Source: Malacoraja senta (taxonomy: Eukaryota). From it: a stretch of DNA of 64,000 nt. A model generated the notes under the pieces. It was not told the DNA's origin and searched no databases. It saw nothing but the letters and a program-made list of their open reading frames with translations. This document shows, one piece after another, positions 24,128-37,597 of the stretch. A program made the translations under genes and the position numbers. Numbering within the stretch: position 1 is the stretch's first letter; each line of letters opens with the position of its first letter. Location of the stretch: the NCBI GenBank assembly GCA_038087875.1, contig JAXLNO010000256.1:1-64000 (forward strand), in the 5' to 3' direction.

Positions 24128-24222
24128 CTCTGGGATTCTCCCTGGTGTCGAACTCAAAGAGTTTGCTGGGGTTGTCGGGGAAGGTGTAGACGTATATCCT
24201 GTGACTGAGGGCCACCACGATC
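24128..24222 (-). pseudogene. WDR45: WDR45 internal exon (copy B, 95 nt)
   Basis: [31 protein letters not shown](G), compared with human [32 protein letters not shown]. Confidence 0.92.
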
Positions 24223-24259
24223 CTGAGGAGAGACGGGAGACGTGCGAACGCGTCCCAGG

Positions 24260-24845
24260 ATAGAAAAATCCCGGGGGGGAAAAAATCGCAGAGAAAAAAA
24301 TCCCGGGGAAAAATTGCCAGGAATAAAATCACAGGGAAAAAATCCTGGGGAAATAATCCCGGGAAAAAAATCACAGAGAAAAAATTCCGGGGAAATAATC
24401 CAGGGGAGAATACCCAGAAAATTAACGGAGCGGGAAAAATCCCGGAAAAAAATCCGGGGGAAAAGTCCCGGGGGAAAATCACGGAGAAAAAAGGGGGGGT
24501 GAAATCCTGGGGGAAAAATCCAGGGGAAAAGTCCGGGAAAGAAATCCCGTGGAGAATACCCAGAAAAAAAATCCAGCGGAAAAATCCCGGAAAAAAATCC
24601 GGGGTGATATCAAGGAGGAAAAAAAAGGGGGAGATCCCGGGGGAAAAATCCAGGGGAAAATCCCAGGAAAATAATCCGTGGAGAATACACAGAAAAAATA
24701 TCCAGCGGAAATATATTCCCAGATAAAAATCCAGAAGAAAAATCCCGGAATAAAACACATGGGAAAATTCCCGGGATAAAAAATGCTGGAAAAAATGCCG
24801 GAGAAATCCCAGAAAAAAAACAAACAGGAAAAATTCCCAGCGTTC
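24260..24845. repeat. Degenerate (G)n(A)nTCCC minisatellite near the WDR45 duplication junction
   Basis: Recurrent aaaaatcccgggg-like units of ~12-14 bp. Confidence 0.85.
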
Positions 24846-25107
24846 CCAAGGGAGCGTGAGGAGGGACAGTGAGGAGGGAGGGAGAGAGGGAGAGAGGGAG
24901 AGTAGGAGAGAGGGAGAGAGAGAGAGAGGGAGAGGGAGGGAGAGAGAGAGGGAGGGAGAGAGAGAGAGGGAGAGGGAGAGAGGGAAAGAGGGAGAGGGGT
25001 AGAGGGGGAGAGAGAGGGTTAGAGTGTTAGAGTCTATTCAGAGAGGGGGTAGAGAGAGAGAGAGGGGGAAGAGAAGGGGGAGGTGGGGGGGGTGGGGGGA
25101 GACTCAC

Positions 25108-25253
25108 CGATGACGGAGTTGACATTCTTGGAGCTGTTTTTGCCGAATGCACAGATGCAGGCACACTCCGCGGGCACGGTGAAGCAGGCCAGGCTCCACT
25201 GGGAGTCCACGTACTGACTGATGACCGGGCCCACCTTGCCCACTCACGCCAGC
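25108..25253 (-). pseudogene. WDR45: WDR45 penultimate exon (copy A) with premature stop
   Basis: CTG GCG TGA GTG where copy B has CTG GCG CGA GTG. Confidence 0.93.
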
Positions 25254-25605
25254 CTGCCCAAACACAGCGGCAGCAAACACATTAGTCCCTCTCGCCCACC
25301 CATGGGCAGCCAGTTACAGACGGTCATGGGGCACAGTGGCGGCCATTTGCAGTGTCCATCCGCACAGTGGTGGCCGTTTGCAGTGTCCAATGCATCTACC
25401 ATTAGTTGGTGATGGGACACAGTGGCGGCCATTTGCAGTGTCCCACCCAGCGTCAATGGATGCCGGCGGCCATTTGCAGTGTCCCGCCCAGCGCCAATGG
25501 ATGCCGGCGGCCATTTGCAATGTCCCACCCAACATGGGCGACCCAAAAGAAAGTCAAGACACCACCCCCCCCCCTCTCTCCCTCCCCCCCGCGGGACGAG
25601 ACTCA

Positions 25606-25782
<177 letters not shown>

Positions 25783-25849
25783 TCACGCACAACCTCTCTC
25801 TCCCCCCTCCGTCCCCCCGTTCTTCCTCTCTCCCCCCTCTGTCTCTCAC

Positions 25850-25935
25850 CAGTACAGGGGGGCAGGGTCGGTTCCTCTCCGTAGTTCCACCAACTTCTCT
25901 TTTGTTTGGGTATCAAAGAGGCGGATGAGGGTGCC
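25850..25935 (-). pseudogene. WDR45: WDR45 exon (copy A) with the LRRG phosphoinositide-binding motif
   Basis: [28 protein letters not shown](C); 86 nt. Confidence 0.95.
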
Positions 25936-26304
25936 CTAGACAGAGGGGGGAGGGGGGAAGGGGAGAGGGGAAGGGGAGAGGGGGATATAGTAATCGTCAG
26001 AGGGAACACTACAGTGGGCATTGTGTGTGCGTGTGTGTGTGCGTGCGTGCGGGCGTGTGTGCGTGCGTGTGTGTGTTCGTGTGTGTGTGCGTGTGTGCGT
26101 GTGTGTGCCCGTGTGTGCGTGCATGTGTGCGTGCGTGTGTGCGTGTGTGTGTGCGTGTGTGTGTGCGTGCGTGTGTGCGTGTGTGCGTGTGTGTGTGCGT
26201 GCGGGCGTGTGTGCGTGCGTGTGTGCCCGTGTGTGCGTGCGTGTGTGCGTGCGTGTGTGCGTGCGTGCGTGTGCGTGCGTGTGCGTGCGTGCCCGTGTCC
26301 GCAC

Positions 26305-26427
26305 CTTCCGTGAAGCTGACGCCACCACACTTCCCTGCTGGTTGAGGGCGATACAGGCGATCTCACTCTGGTGGGCGTTGATGGTGAACGGAGCCGAGGA
26401 GATGCCCGGCTTGGTGTTGGACAAGTC
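26305..26427 (-). pseudogene. WDR45: WDR45 exon (copy A, 123 nt)
   Basis: [41 protein letters not shown]. Confidence 0.95.
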
Positions 26428-26453
26428 CTGCAGAGAGGGGCTAGCACCAGTCA

Positions 26454-26616
<163 letters not shown>

Positions 26617-26844
26617 CTGGGAAGGAAGGGAGGAACGAGGGAGAGAGAGAAAGAGAGAGAGAGAAAGAGAGAGAGAAAGAGAGGGGGGGGAGAGAGAGGG
26701 AGATATATATATATACATAGAGAGAGAGATGGAGATGGAGAAAGAGAGAATAGATAAGTAGATAGAGAGAAAGAAACAGTGAGAGAGGGAGAGAGAGAAT
26801 AGTTAGGGAGAGAGATAGAGAGGGAGAGAGAGGGACAGCGAGAT

Positions 26845-29800
26845 ACATACATAGATACATAGAAAATAGGTGCAGGAGTAGGCCATTCGGCCCTTCGAGC
26901 CTGCACCGCCATTCAATATGATCATGGCTGATCATCCAACTCAGTATCCCGTACCTGCCTTCTCTCCATACCCCCTGATCCCTTTAGCCACAAGGGCCAC
27001 ATCTAACTCCCTCTTAAATATAGCCAATGAACTGGCCTCAACTACCCTCTGTGGCAGAGAGTTCCAGAGATTCACCACTCTCTGTGTGAAAAAGTTTTTC
27101 CTCATCTCGGTCTTAAAGGATTTCCCCCTGATCCTTAAGCTGTGACCCCTTGTCCTGGACTTCCCCAACATCGGGGACAATCTTCCTGCATCTAGCCTGT
27201 CCAACCCCATAAGAATTTTGTACGTTTCTATAAGATCCCCTCTCAATCTCCTAAATTCTAGCGAGTATAAGCCAAGTCTATCCAGTCTTTCTTCATATGA
27301 AAGTCCTGACATCCCAGGAATCAGTCTGGTGAACCTTCTCTGCACTCCCTCTATGGCTATAATGTCCTTCCTCAGATTTGGAGACCAAAACTGTACGCAA
27401 TACTCCAGGTGTGGTCTCACCAAGACCCTGTACAACTGCAGTAGAACCTCCCTGCTCCTATACTCAAATCCTTTTGCTATGAAAGCTAACATACCATTCG
27501 CTTTCTTCACTGCCTGCTGCACCTGCATGCCTACTTTCAATGACTGGTGTACCATGACACCCAGGTCTCGCTGCATCTCCCCATTTCCTAGTCGGCCACC
27601 ATTTAGATAATAGTCTGCTTTCCTGTTTTTGCCACCAAAATGGATAACCTCACATTTATCCACATTATACTGCATCTGCCAAACATTTGCCCACTCACCC
27701 AGCCTATCCAAGTCACCTTGCAGTCTCCTAGCATCCTCCTCACAGCTAACACTGCCCCCCAGCTTAGTGTCATCAGCAAACTTGGAGATGTTGCCTTCAA
27801 TTCCCTCATCCAGCTCATTAATATAAATTGTAAATAGCTGGGGTCCCAGCACTGAGCCTTGCGGTACCCCACTAGTCACTGCCTGCCATTGTGAAAAGGA
27901 CCCGTTTACTCCTACTCTTTGCTTCCTGTTTGCCAGCCAGTTCTCTATCCACATCAATACTGAACCCCCAATACCGTGTGCTTTAAGTTTGTATACTAAC
28001 CTCTTATGTGGTACCTTGTCGAAAGCCTTCTGAAAGGCCAGATACAACACATCCACTGGTTCTCCCCTATCCACTCTACTAGTTACATCTTCGAAAAATT
28101 CTATAAGATTCGTCAGACACGATTTACCTTTCGTAAATCCATGCTGACTTTGTCCAATGATTTCACCACTTTCCAAATGTGCTGCTATCCCATCTTTAAT
28201 AACTGACTCTAGCAGTTTCCCCACTACCGATGTTAGACTAACTGGTCTGTAATTCCCCGTTTTCCTCTCTCCCTCCCTTCTTAAAAAGTGGGGTTACGTT
28301 TGCTTCCCTCCAATCCTCAGGAACTACTCCAGAATCTAAAGAGTTTTGAAAAATTATCATTAATGCATCCACTATTTCTGGAGCTACTTCCTTAAGTACT
28401 CTGGGATGCAGCCTATCTGGCCCTGGTGATTTATCGGCCTTTAATCCATTCAATTTACCCAACACCACTTCCCGACTAACCTGGATTTCACTCAGTTCCT
28501 CCATCTCCTTTGACCCGCGGCCCCCTGCTATTTCCGGCAGATTATTTATGTCTTCCATAGTGAAGACGGAACCAAAGTAGTTATTCAATTGGTCCGCCAT
28601 ATCCTTGTTCCCCATGATCAATTCACCTGTTTCTGACTGCAAGGGACCTACATTTGTTTTAACTAATCTCTTTCTCTTCACATATCTATAAAAACTTTTG
28701 CAGTCAGTTTTTATGTTCCCTGCCAGTTTTCTGTCATAATCTATTTTCCCTTTCCTAATTAAGCCCTTTGTCCTCCTCTGCTGGTCTCTGAATTTCTCCC
28801 AGTCCTCTGGTATGCTGCTTTTTCTGGCTAATTTGTACGCATCATCTTTTGCTTTGATACTATCCCTGATTTCCCTTGTTATCCACGGATGCACTCCCTT
28901 CCCTGATTTATTCTTTTGCCAAACTGGGATGAACAATTTTTATAGTTCATCCATGCAGTCTTTAAATGCCTTCCATTGCATATCCACCGTCAACCCTTTT
29001 AGAACTAATTGCCAGTCAATCTTGGCCAATTCACGTCTCATACCCTCAAAGTTACCTTTCTTTAAGTTCAGAACCGTTGTTTCTGAATTAACAATGTCAC
29101 TCTCCATCCTAATGAAGAACTCAACCATATTATGGTCACTCTTGCCCAAGGGGGCACGCACAACAAGACTGCTAACTAACCCTTCCTCATTACTCAATAC
29201 CCAGTCTAGAATAGCCTGCTCTCTCGTTGGTTCCTCTACATGTTGGTTTAGATAACTATCCCGCATACATTCCAAGAAATCCTCTTCCTCAGCACCCCTG
29301 CCAATTTGATTCACCCAATCTATATGTAGATTGAAGTCACCCATTATAACTGTTTTGCCTTTGTTGCACGCATTTCTAATTTGCTGTTTGATGCCCAACT
29401 TCACTACTACTGCTAGGTGGCCTGTACACAACACCCACCAGCGTTTTCTGCCCCTTAGTGTTTCGCAGCTCTACCCATACCGATTCCACATCCTCCAAGC
29501 TAATGTTCTTCCTTTCCACTGCGTTAATCTCCTCTCTAACCAGCAACGCTACCCCACCTCCTTTTCCTTTCTCTCTATCCCTCCTGAATATTGAACATCC
29601 CTGGATGTTCAGCTCCCAGCCTTCGTCACCCTGGAACCATGTCTCCGTGATCCCAACTATATCATAATCATTAATTGCTATCTGCACGTTCAACTCATCC
29701 ACCTTATTACGAATGCTCCTTGCATTGAGACACAAAGCCTTCAGGCTTGTTTTTACAACGCTCTTACCCCTTATACAATTATGTTGAAAAGTGGCCCTTT

Positions 29801-30960
29801 TTGATTTTTGCCTTGGCTTTGTCTGCCTGCCACTTTTACTTTTCACCTTGCTACCTATTGCTTCCGCCCGCATTTTGCACCCCTCTGTTTCTCTCCTCAC
29901 CCATTTAAGAACCCCACCACCTCTTATTCTCTGTTTATTATTGTTTTCTTCTTTCCCCCCTACATGTTGGGTCTGAGTGCTTTCCTTCTCTGCCTCCTGC
30001 CTCACACACTGTCTAATAGCATTCTCTATTTGAGTCCCTCCCCCCAACCATTCCAGTTTAAAGTCTCCCCAGTAGCCTTTGCAGATCTCCCCGCCAGGAT
30101 ATCGGTCCCCCTCAGGTTCAAGTGCAACCCATCCTTTTTGTACAGGTCGAAACTTCCACAAAAGAGGTCCCAATGATCCAGAAATTTGAATCCCTGCCCT
30201 CTGCACCAGTCCTTCAGCCACGCATTTATCCTCCACCTCGCTCCATTCCTACTCTCACTGTCGCGTGGCACAGGCAGTAATCCCGAGATTGTTACCTTTG
30301 CTGTCCTTCTCTTTAACTCCCCTCCTAACTCCCTAAATTCTCCTTTCAGGACCTCTTCTCTTTTTTTACCTATGTCATTGGTACCTATATGTATCACGAC
30401 CTCGGGCTCCTCTCCTGCCCTTTCAGGATATCTTGGACACGTTGAGACACATCACAGACCCTGGCACCAGGGAGGCAAACTACCATCCGGGTCTCCCGAC
30501 TGCGTCCACAGAATCGCCTGTCTGACCCCCTAACTATAGAGTCCCCTATTAATATTGCCCTCCTCTTCTTTTCCTTACCCTTCTGAGCAACAGGACCGGT
30601 CTCTATACCGGAGGCCCGGCCGCTGTCGCTACCCCCAGGTAGGCTGTCCACCCCAACAGTGCTCAAACAGGAGTACTTATTGTCAAGGTGTACAGCCACC
30701 GGGGTACTCTCTAGTCCCTGCCTGTGCCCCTTGCCTCTCCCAACCGTGATCCACTTGCCTGCCTCCTGTGGTGTTGGAGTGACCACATCCCTGTAACTCC
30801 TCTCAATGACTTCCTCGCTCTCCCTGACCAGACGGAGATCATCGAGCTGCTGCTCCAGGTTCCTAATACGGTCCATTAGGAGCCCCATCTCGATACACCT
30901 GGCGCAGATGTGGATATCTGGAGGGCTATCAGACTCCATGACTTCCCACATCTGACATCC
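26845..30960 (-). mobile_element. Long CR1 LINE with ORF1 (Cys-rich finger + SGNH esterase) and ORF2 (APE + RT), frameshifted
   Basis: ORF1: CQMW..HICARC, LIGDSIVR, CLPGARV, HIGTND, DGLHLN. ORF2: LNARSIRNK, GITETW, MGDFN, GKSDH, FADD (26941-28224). Confidence 0.95.
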
Positions 30961-31039
30961 AAAGCTCCACGTTGGTGACGTGGAGCTTTGGTGACGTGAA
31001 GATGAAGATGAACCGGCGCCGACATCCGGACCCTGGTGA

Positions 31040-31120
31040 GAGAAAGATGGAGACAGAGAGAGAGAGAGGGAGGGAGAGAGAGAGAGAGGGACACAGAGAG
31101 AGACAGAGAGAGAGAGAGGA

Positions 31121-31152
<32 letters not shown>

Positions 31153-31155
31153 GGA

Positions 31156-31197
<42 letters not shown>

Positions 31198-31445
31198 AAC
31201 TGACAGAGAGAGACAGAGAGTCTGAGATTGAGATGGAGAGACAGACACAGAGAGAGAGAGATACAGAAAGAGAGAGAGAGAGACAGACAGACAGTCAGTG
31301 ACAGAGAGTGACACAGACAGAGCGTGAGAGAGAGAGAGAGAGATACAGAGAGAAACAGAGAAACAGAGTGAGAGACAGAGAGTGAGAAAGAGGGAGAAAC
31401 ACAGAGAGAGAGACAGAGAGAGAGTGAGAGAGAGAGAGTGAGACC
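31040..31445. repeat. (GA)n/(GACA)n microsatellite tract
   Basis: Read directly from the sequence. Confidence 0.95.
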
Positions 31446-33648
31446 AAGGCTGACCAAGGCTGGGAGCTGAACATCCAGGGATATTCAATATTCAGGAGGG
31501 ATAGACAGAAAGGGAAAGGAGGTTGGGTAGCGTTGCTGGTTAGAGAGGAGATTAATGCAATAGAAAGGAAGGACATTAGCTTGGAGGATGTGGAATCGAT
31601 ATGGGTAGAGCTGCGAAACACTAAGGGGCAGAAAACGCTAGTGGGAGTTGTGTACAGGCCACCTAACAGTAGTAGTGGAGTTGGGGATGGCATCAAACAG
31701 GAAATTAGAAATGCGTGCAACAAAGGTAAAACAGTTATAATGGGTGACTTCAATCTACATATAGATTGGGTGAATCAAATTGGCAGGGGTGCTGAGGAAG
31801 AGGATTTCTTGGAATGTATGCGGGATAGTTATCTAAACCAACATGTAGAGGAACCAACGAGAGAGAAGGCTATTCTAGACTGGGTATTGAGTAATGAGGA
31901 AGGGTTAGTTAGCAGTCTTGTTGTGCGTGCCCCCTTGGGCAAGAGTGACCATAATATGGTTGAGTTCTTCATTAGGATGGAGAATGACATTGTTAATTCA
32001 GAAACAAGGGTTCTGAACTTAAAGAAAGGTAACTTTGAGGGTATGAGACGTGAATTGGCCAAGATAGACTGGCAATTCATTCTTAAAGGGCTGACGGTGG
32101 ATATGCAATGGAAAGCATTTAAAGACTGCATGGATGAACTACAACAATTGTTCATCCCAGTTTGGCAAAAGAATAAATCAATGAAGGTCATGCATCCATG
32201 GATAACAAGGGAAATCAGGGATAGTATCAAAACAAAAGATGAAGCATACTGGGAGAAATTCAGTCCAGCAGAGGAGGACAAAGGGCTTAATTAGGAAAGG
32301 GAAAATAGATTATGAAAGAAAACTGGCAGGGAACATAAAAACTGACTGCAAAAGCTTTTATAGATATGTGAAGAGAAAAAGATTAGTTAAAACAAATGTA
32401 GGTCCCTTGCAGTCAGAAACAGGTGAATTGATCATGGGGAACAAGGACATGGCAGACTACCTTGAATTGAATAACTACTTTGGTTCTGTCTTCACTAAGG
32501 AAGACATAAATAATTTGCTGGAAATAGCAGGGGACCGGGGGGTCAAATGAGATGGAGGAACTGAGTGAAATCCAGGTTAGTCGGGAAATGGTGTTAGGTA
32601 AATTGAATGGATTAAAGGCCGATAAATCACCAGAGCCAGATAGGCTGCATCCCAGAGTGCTTAAGGAAGTAGCCCCAGAAATAGTGAATGCATTAGTGAT
32701 AATTTGTCAAAAGTCTTTAGATTCTGGAGTAGTTCCTGAGGAATGGAGGGTAGCTAATGTAACCCCACTTTTTAAAAAGGGAGGGAGAGAGAAAATGGGG
32801 AATTACAGACCAGTTAGTCCAACATCGGTAGTGGGGAAACTGCTAGAGTCAGTTATTAAAGATGGGATAGCAGCACATTTGGAAAGTGGTGAAATCATTG
32901 GACAAAGTCAGCATGGATTTATGAAAGGTAAATCATGTCTGACGAATCTTATAGAATTTTTCGAGGATGTAACTACTAGTGGATAATGGAGAACCAGTGG
33001 ATGTGTTATATCTGGACTTTCAGAAGGCTTTCGACAAGATCCCACATAAGAGATTAGTATGCAAACTTAAAGCACACGGTATTGGGTTTCAGTATTGATG
33101 TGGATAGAGAACTGTCTGGCAGACAGGAAGCAAAGAGTAGGAGTAAACGGGTCCTTTTCAGAATGGCAGGCAGTGACTAGTGGGGTACCGCAAGGCTCAG
33201 TGCTGGGACCCCAGCTATTTACAATATATATTAATGATTTGGACGAGGGAATTGAATGCAACATCTCCAAGTTTGCGGATGACACGAAGTTGGGGGCAGT
33301 GTTAGCTGTGAGGAGGATGCTAGGAGGCTGCAAGGTGACTTGGATAGGTTTGGTGAGTGGGCAAATGCATGGCAGATGCAGTATAATGTGGTTAAAAGTG
33401 AGGTTATCCACTTTGGTGGCAAGAACAGGAAAGTAGACTATTATCTGAATGGTGGCCGATTAGGAAAAGGGGAGATGCAACGAGAACTGGGTGTCATGGT
33501 ACACCAGTCATTGAAAGTAGCCATGCAGGTGCAGCAAGCAGTGAAGAAAGAGAATGGTATGTTAGCCTTCATAGCAAAAGGATTTGAGTATAGGAGCAGG
33601 GAGGTTCTACTGCAGTTGTACAGGGTCTTGGTGAGACCACACCTGGAG
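31445..33648 (+). mobile_element. CR1 ORF2 fragment (APE to RT), truncated at both ends; same family as 26845-30960 in opposite orientation
   Basis: ORFs at 31533, 32239, 32552, 33095 and 33340 translate almost identically to the minus-strand copy. Confidence 0.93.
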
Positions 33649-33649
33649 T

Positions 33650-33900
33650 CTGATTGTCCCCAGCACCGCCCGCCCGCCTGGAGGACCGGCCTGGAGGACC
33701 ACGGGCGCTCGGCTCACCCCGCCTGGAGGACCACGGGCACTCGGCTCACCATAGCACGGGGGAGCGCGGACCCACCCGGGGGAGACGAGTCGGAAGTGAG
33801 GGCGCAGGGCCTCAGCCTGGAAATGACGTCACGGCCGCGCTGCCTGCCTTCCACGCGCGGTGATGACGACAGCGGTGAGGGTGAAGCATGCGCAGCAGTA
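33650..33900. promoter_or_regulatory. CpG-rich segment with ETS (cggaagtg) and full CRE (tgacgtca) motifs
   Basis: cggaagtg at ~33791, tgacgtca at ~33824, gcatgcgc at ~33886; motif-level evidence only. Confidence 0.35.
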
Positions 33901-34029
33901 GAGTTGCTGCCTGACGGACACAATGATGGATCCCTCCCCCCACCCCCACCCTCCCCCACTACCGGGGCTGTCTTGTCTCTTCTCCCCGTCACTTTCAGCC
34001 CACTACATCCACATACACAATATTAGAGG

Positions 34030-34900
34030 CGGCTCCACGCCTTCATCCCCCCTCCCTCTCACACACCCCTCACACGCCCTCCTCACCACCCCCTCACCCC
34101 CCCTCACACATCCCCCTAACCCATCCTTACGCACCCCCCCTTTCACACACCTCCTCACCCCCCATCACCCCCCTCTCACCCCCCACCCTCCCCTCCCTCA
34201 CCCCATCATCCCCTCACGCACTCAACACCCCTCTCGCCCCCTCACCCCATTCACCCCCTTTACCCCCTCACAACCTCCTCCCTCATCCCCCTCAAATCGC
34301 TCCACACCCTCCTCACCCCCTCCCCGTTCACCCTCACACCCCCCTATTCCCCCCTCAACCACCTCATTGCTCACCCACCTCCCCATCTCACCCCCCAACC
34401 CCCTCACTCCCCCTCACCCTACTCACCACCCTCATCCCCCTTCACCCCTCACCCCCCTTACCCACTCAGCCCCCTTTCACCTGCTCAACCCTTCTCACCC
34501 CCTGCCCCATCACCCACCTCCCCCTCACATCCCCTCACCGCTACTCACCCCCCCTCCCCACCCCTTCAAACCCACCCCATCTCCCTCCCGCTCCTCATCC
34601 CCTCCTCACTCCCTAACACCCTCCTCACCCCCCTTCACCCTACTCACCCCCCTCACCCCTTTCCCCCTCACCCCATCCCCTCCCTCACCTCCTCACCCCT
34701 CACCCCCCTCAACCCCCTCACTTCCCCATCCCCTCACCCCCTTCAACCCCACTCCCCCTTACCCCCACCCACACCCCCACTCACCCACCCCCCCCACTCA
34801 CCCCCTCCCCATACTCACCGCTCCCCCTCACCCCCTCCCCTCTCAACCTCTCCCACACACCCACCCCCCTTACCCCCTCTCGCCTCCCCCTTTGCCCCCT
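34030..34900. repeat. C-rich low-complexity tract (ctcaccc-like)
   Basis: Read directly from the sequence. Confidence 0.9.
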
Positions 34901-35179
34901 CAGGTTGAACCGGACGTGCCTCATGAGGGGGTGGGTCGGGTCAGGCCAGGCAGCATCTGTGGAGAAAAGGGGATGTTTTTTTGGTCACGACCCTTCTTCT
35001 GCAGACCTGAAACGTGGCCTATCCACGTTGAGCATAGATACTGCCTGACCTGTTATGTTACTCCAACACTCTGTGTCTTTTTGTGTATGAACCAGCATCT
35101 GCAGTTCCTTGTGTCTGCCAAAGATAGGGAAAATATGGGCAACGTTTCAGGTTTCGGGTCATTTGGCTACTTGTCGATG

Positions 35180-35940
35180 TTGTGAGTGTGTTGGTGAGTG
35201 TAAGTGTGTGGGTGAGAGTGTGTGGGAGAGAGTGTAAGGGAGTGTGTGGGTGAGGGAGTGTGTGGGTGAGTGTGTGAGGCAGTGTGTGGGTGAGGGTGTG
35301 TGTGGGTGAGGAAATGTGTGGGTGGGTGAGAGTGCGTGAGAGAGTGAGGGAGTATGTGGGAGTGTGGGTGCGTGTGTGGGTATGGGTGTGTGTGTGTGTA
35401 TGTGCGTGGGTGAGTGTGGGTGTGTGTGTGTGTTTGTGGGTGAGGCGGTGTGTGTGTGTGTGGGTGGGAGTGGGTGTGGGAATGTGTGAGAAGGTGGGTG
35501 AGGCGGTGTGGGTGTGTGGGCGAGTGAATGTGGGTGTGGGGATGAATGTGAGTGTGTGGGTATTTGTCGGTGTGGGTATGTGGGAGTGAGTGTGTGTGTG
35601 TGGGTGTGGGGGTCTAGAGATGTGTGTGTGGGAGTGGGCATGAGTGGGTGAGTGTGTGGGAGTGGGTGTAAGTGTGTGTGTGTGTGTGTGTGTGTAGGCA
35701 TGAGTGGGGTTGTGTGTGGGGGGTGTGCGTGTATGTGTGGGTATGTGAGGGAGTGTGGGTGTGTGTGTGCGGGTGTGTGTGGGAATGGGTAAGTGTGTGA
35801 GTGTATGGGCATAAGTGGGTTTGTGTGAGTGTGTGTGGGTATGTGTTTGTGTGGGTTTGTGTGGGTATGTATGAGTGTGTGGGTGAGTGTGTGTGGGTAT
35901 GTGTGAGTGTGTGGGTGTGGAGGTGAGTGGGTGAGTGTGT
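35180..35940. repeat. GT-rich low-complexity tract (gtgtgggtga-like)
   Basis: Read directly from the sequence. Confidence 0.9.
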
Positions 35941-36454
35941 CAGTGCACCCGTGCAATATTTTGTTATTATTAAATTAAATATATGTGTTGTTCTACTAGT
36001 TATGCACTGGGATGTAGTGATAGGCTATAATCTTGTTTGACCCTCTTGGGAGACTAGCTTCCCCCCCCCCCCCCAACAAGCAAAACCTGAAGTGACGTCC
36101 CAGTTTGACACTCCGCCACCTACAGAATGAGCACTGCAACACTGGGGAGCGCGGGAACTTACACCTCAGTTTGCTCCAGGCTATCAAGTTGAGGGTTTCC
36201 ATGACATATTGAAATCACAATAGCATTTCCATCCTTCCCATTAATGTGGTTGCATAAAACATTATGATTTTGTTGGTTAACCTTGATTGGTGGCTACAAG
36301 TTTTGTTTTGAATTTCTTCCATTTGTTTTACTTAAGTTCTTTTTTGAGTTCATTAAATTTATAAAACTGACATTTCTTTATGTTTTTCTACAGCCTGCAA
36401 AAATGTGCCAAATATATAATGTGGCCCTCATGGAGAAACGTTTGGAGGCCCCTG

Positions 36455-36820
36455 TTGTAAGGTATAATTTAACAACATTACAGTATAAATTAAGGGTAAA
36501 CAAGCAAGCAAATGGTGTCATTTCAAGGTATAATTATCAAAAATGTCCTGTGTAAAGGGTACTTCTCTCTAATTAGAGTAAACAAGCAAGGAACAGGTAT
36601 CATGTTACAAGGAGGTGTAGGTGGAATATAAAATATTTGCCATATGACAAGTGTAAACAAGCAAGGTCATTTTAAGGTATGATTATCACACATTTTGTGT
36701 GTAAATTAAGAAGTGACAAGCAAGTAAAGTGTGTTATTTTCAGCTACAATAAATTACAGTATAGATTTAGGGTCAATAGGCAAGAAAATGGTGTCATTTT
36801 AAGGTGCAATTACCACATTT
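36455..36820 (+). repeat. Degenerate tandem repeat with gtaaacaagcaag core
   Basis: About 5 diverged copies of gtaaacaagcaag...gtcattt(c/t)aaggta. Confidence 0.6.
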
Positions 36821-37104
36821 TTCTGGACCCCAATCTCTCTTCCTCCTTTTTCAGTTTTTTCCTGTCTCACGCCTGATGACTAGAGGTCAGTGCGACAGGC
36901 CTGTAATCTTTAAGACCAGCAATCCTTGTCTTTTTGGGTACAGGGACAATGGTGCAGACTTTGAAGCAGTTAGGGACAGTACAGGTTTGCAGGGACTGGT
37001 TGAAAAGCAATTTTCCATTATCATGGTTTCAGATTGAATAACTAAGAGATGAGAAAATGGACCATCACTGCTCTAATGAAGTGCGAATATAGACAAGTTA
37101 ACCA

Positions 37105-37597
37105 TCTTGTGTGTAATTAATTATTATGTGGTTTAGTCTCATTCTGTGCAACATGGACTAATGGATTGACTGGTCACCTTCTCAGATTTCCCTGAAAATC
37201 AGTGCCTGTACATCAGAGCACACAAGTAACACAACAGAAAACAAGGTCTCAACTCCAAATTGCAATGGGCCTTTGGCAAATTTTCGAGCTATATCAATGG
37301 TTCATAACTTCGAAGGAACTTTGAGTTGAAAGTTGATTTCTCTGCTGTGTTCTTTGTACCAGAGGTGTGCAAAACATGATTTTCAATCAAATCTGAGATG
37401 GCGACCAGCCGACCTTCTTACTTGCTGTTATTTGGTACAGAATCAAATCATCCAATACCAAGCAATTTATGTACAAGTCTCCGATAAACCATCAATGTTT
37501 ACTGAATTTTGGTCCTTGGAAATGGGATTTTTGGACCTTGAAAGTCTTTGAATTTATAGCTGTTCCAAGTGTACGCACCCTTGGTATGAGAAATAAA
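37105..37597 (+). repeat. ~490-bp segment duplicated at 46163-46652
   Basis: Collinear, high similarity by eye from ttgtgtgtaattaattattatg to ggtatgagaaataa. Confidence 0.9.

Noticed and set aside
36394..36462. QIYNVALMEKRLE resembles WDR45 N-terminal RIYNVEPLMEKGHLD and follows an acceptor-like ttctacag
   Set aside because: Wrong strand, short gapped match, flanks do not align; probably chance.
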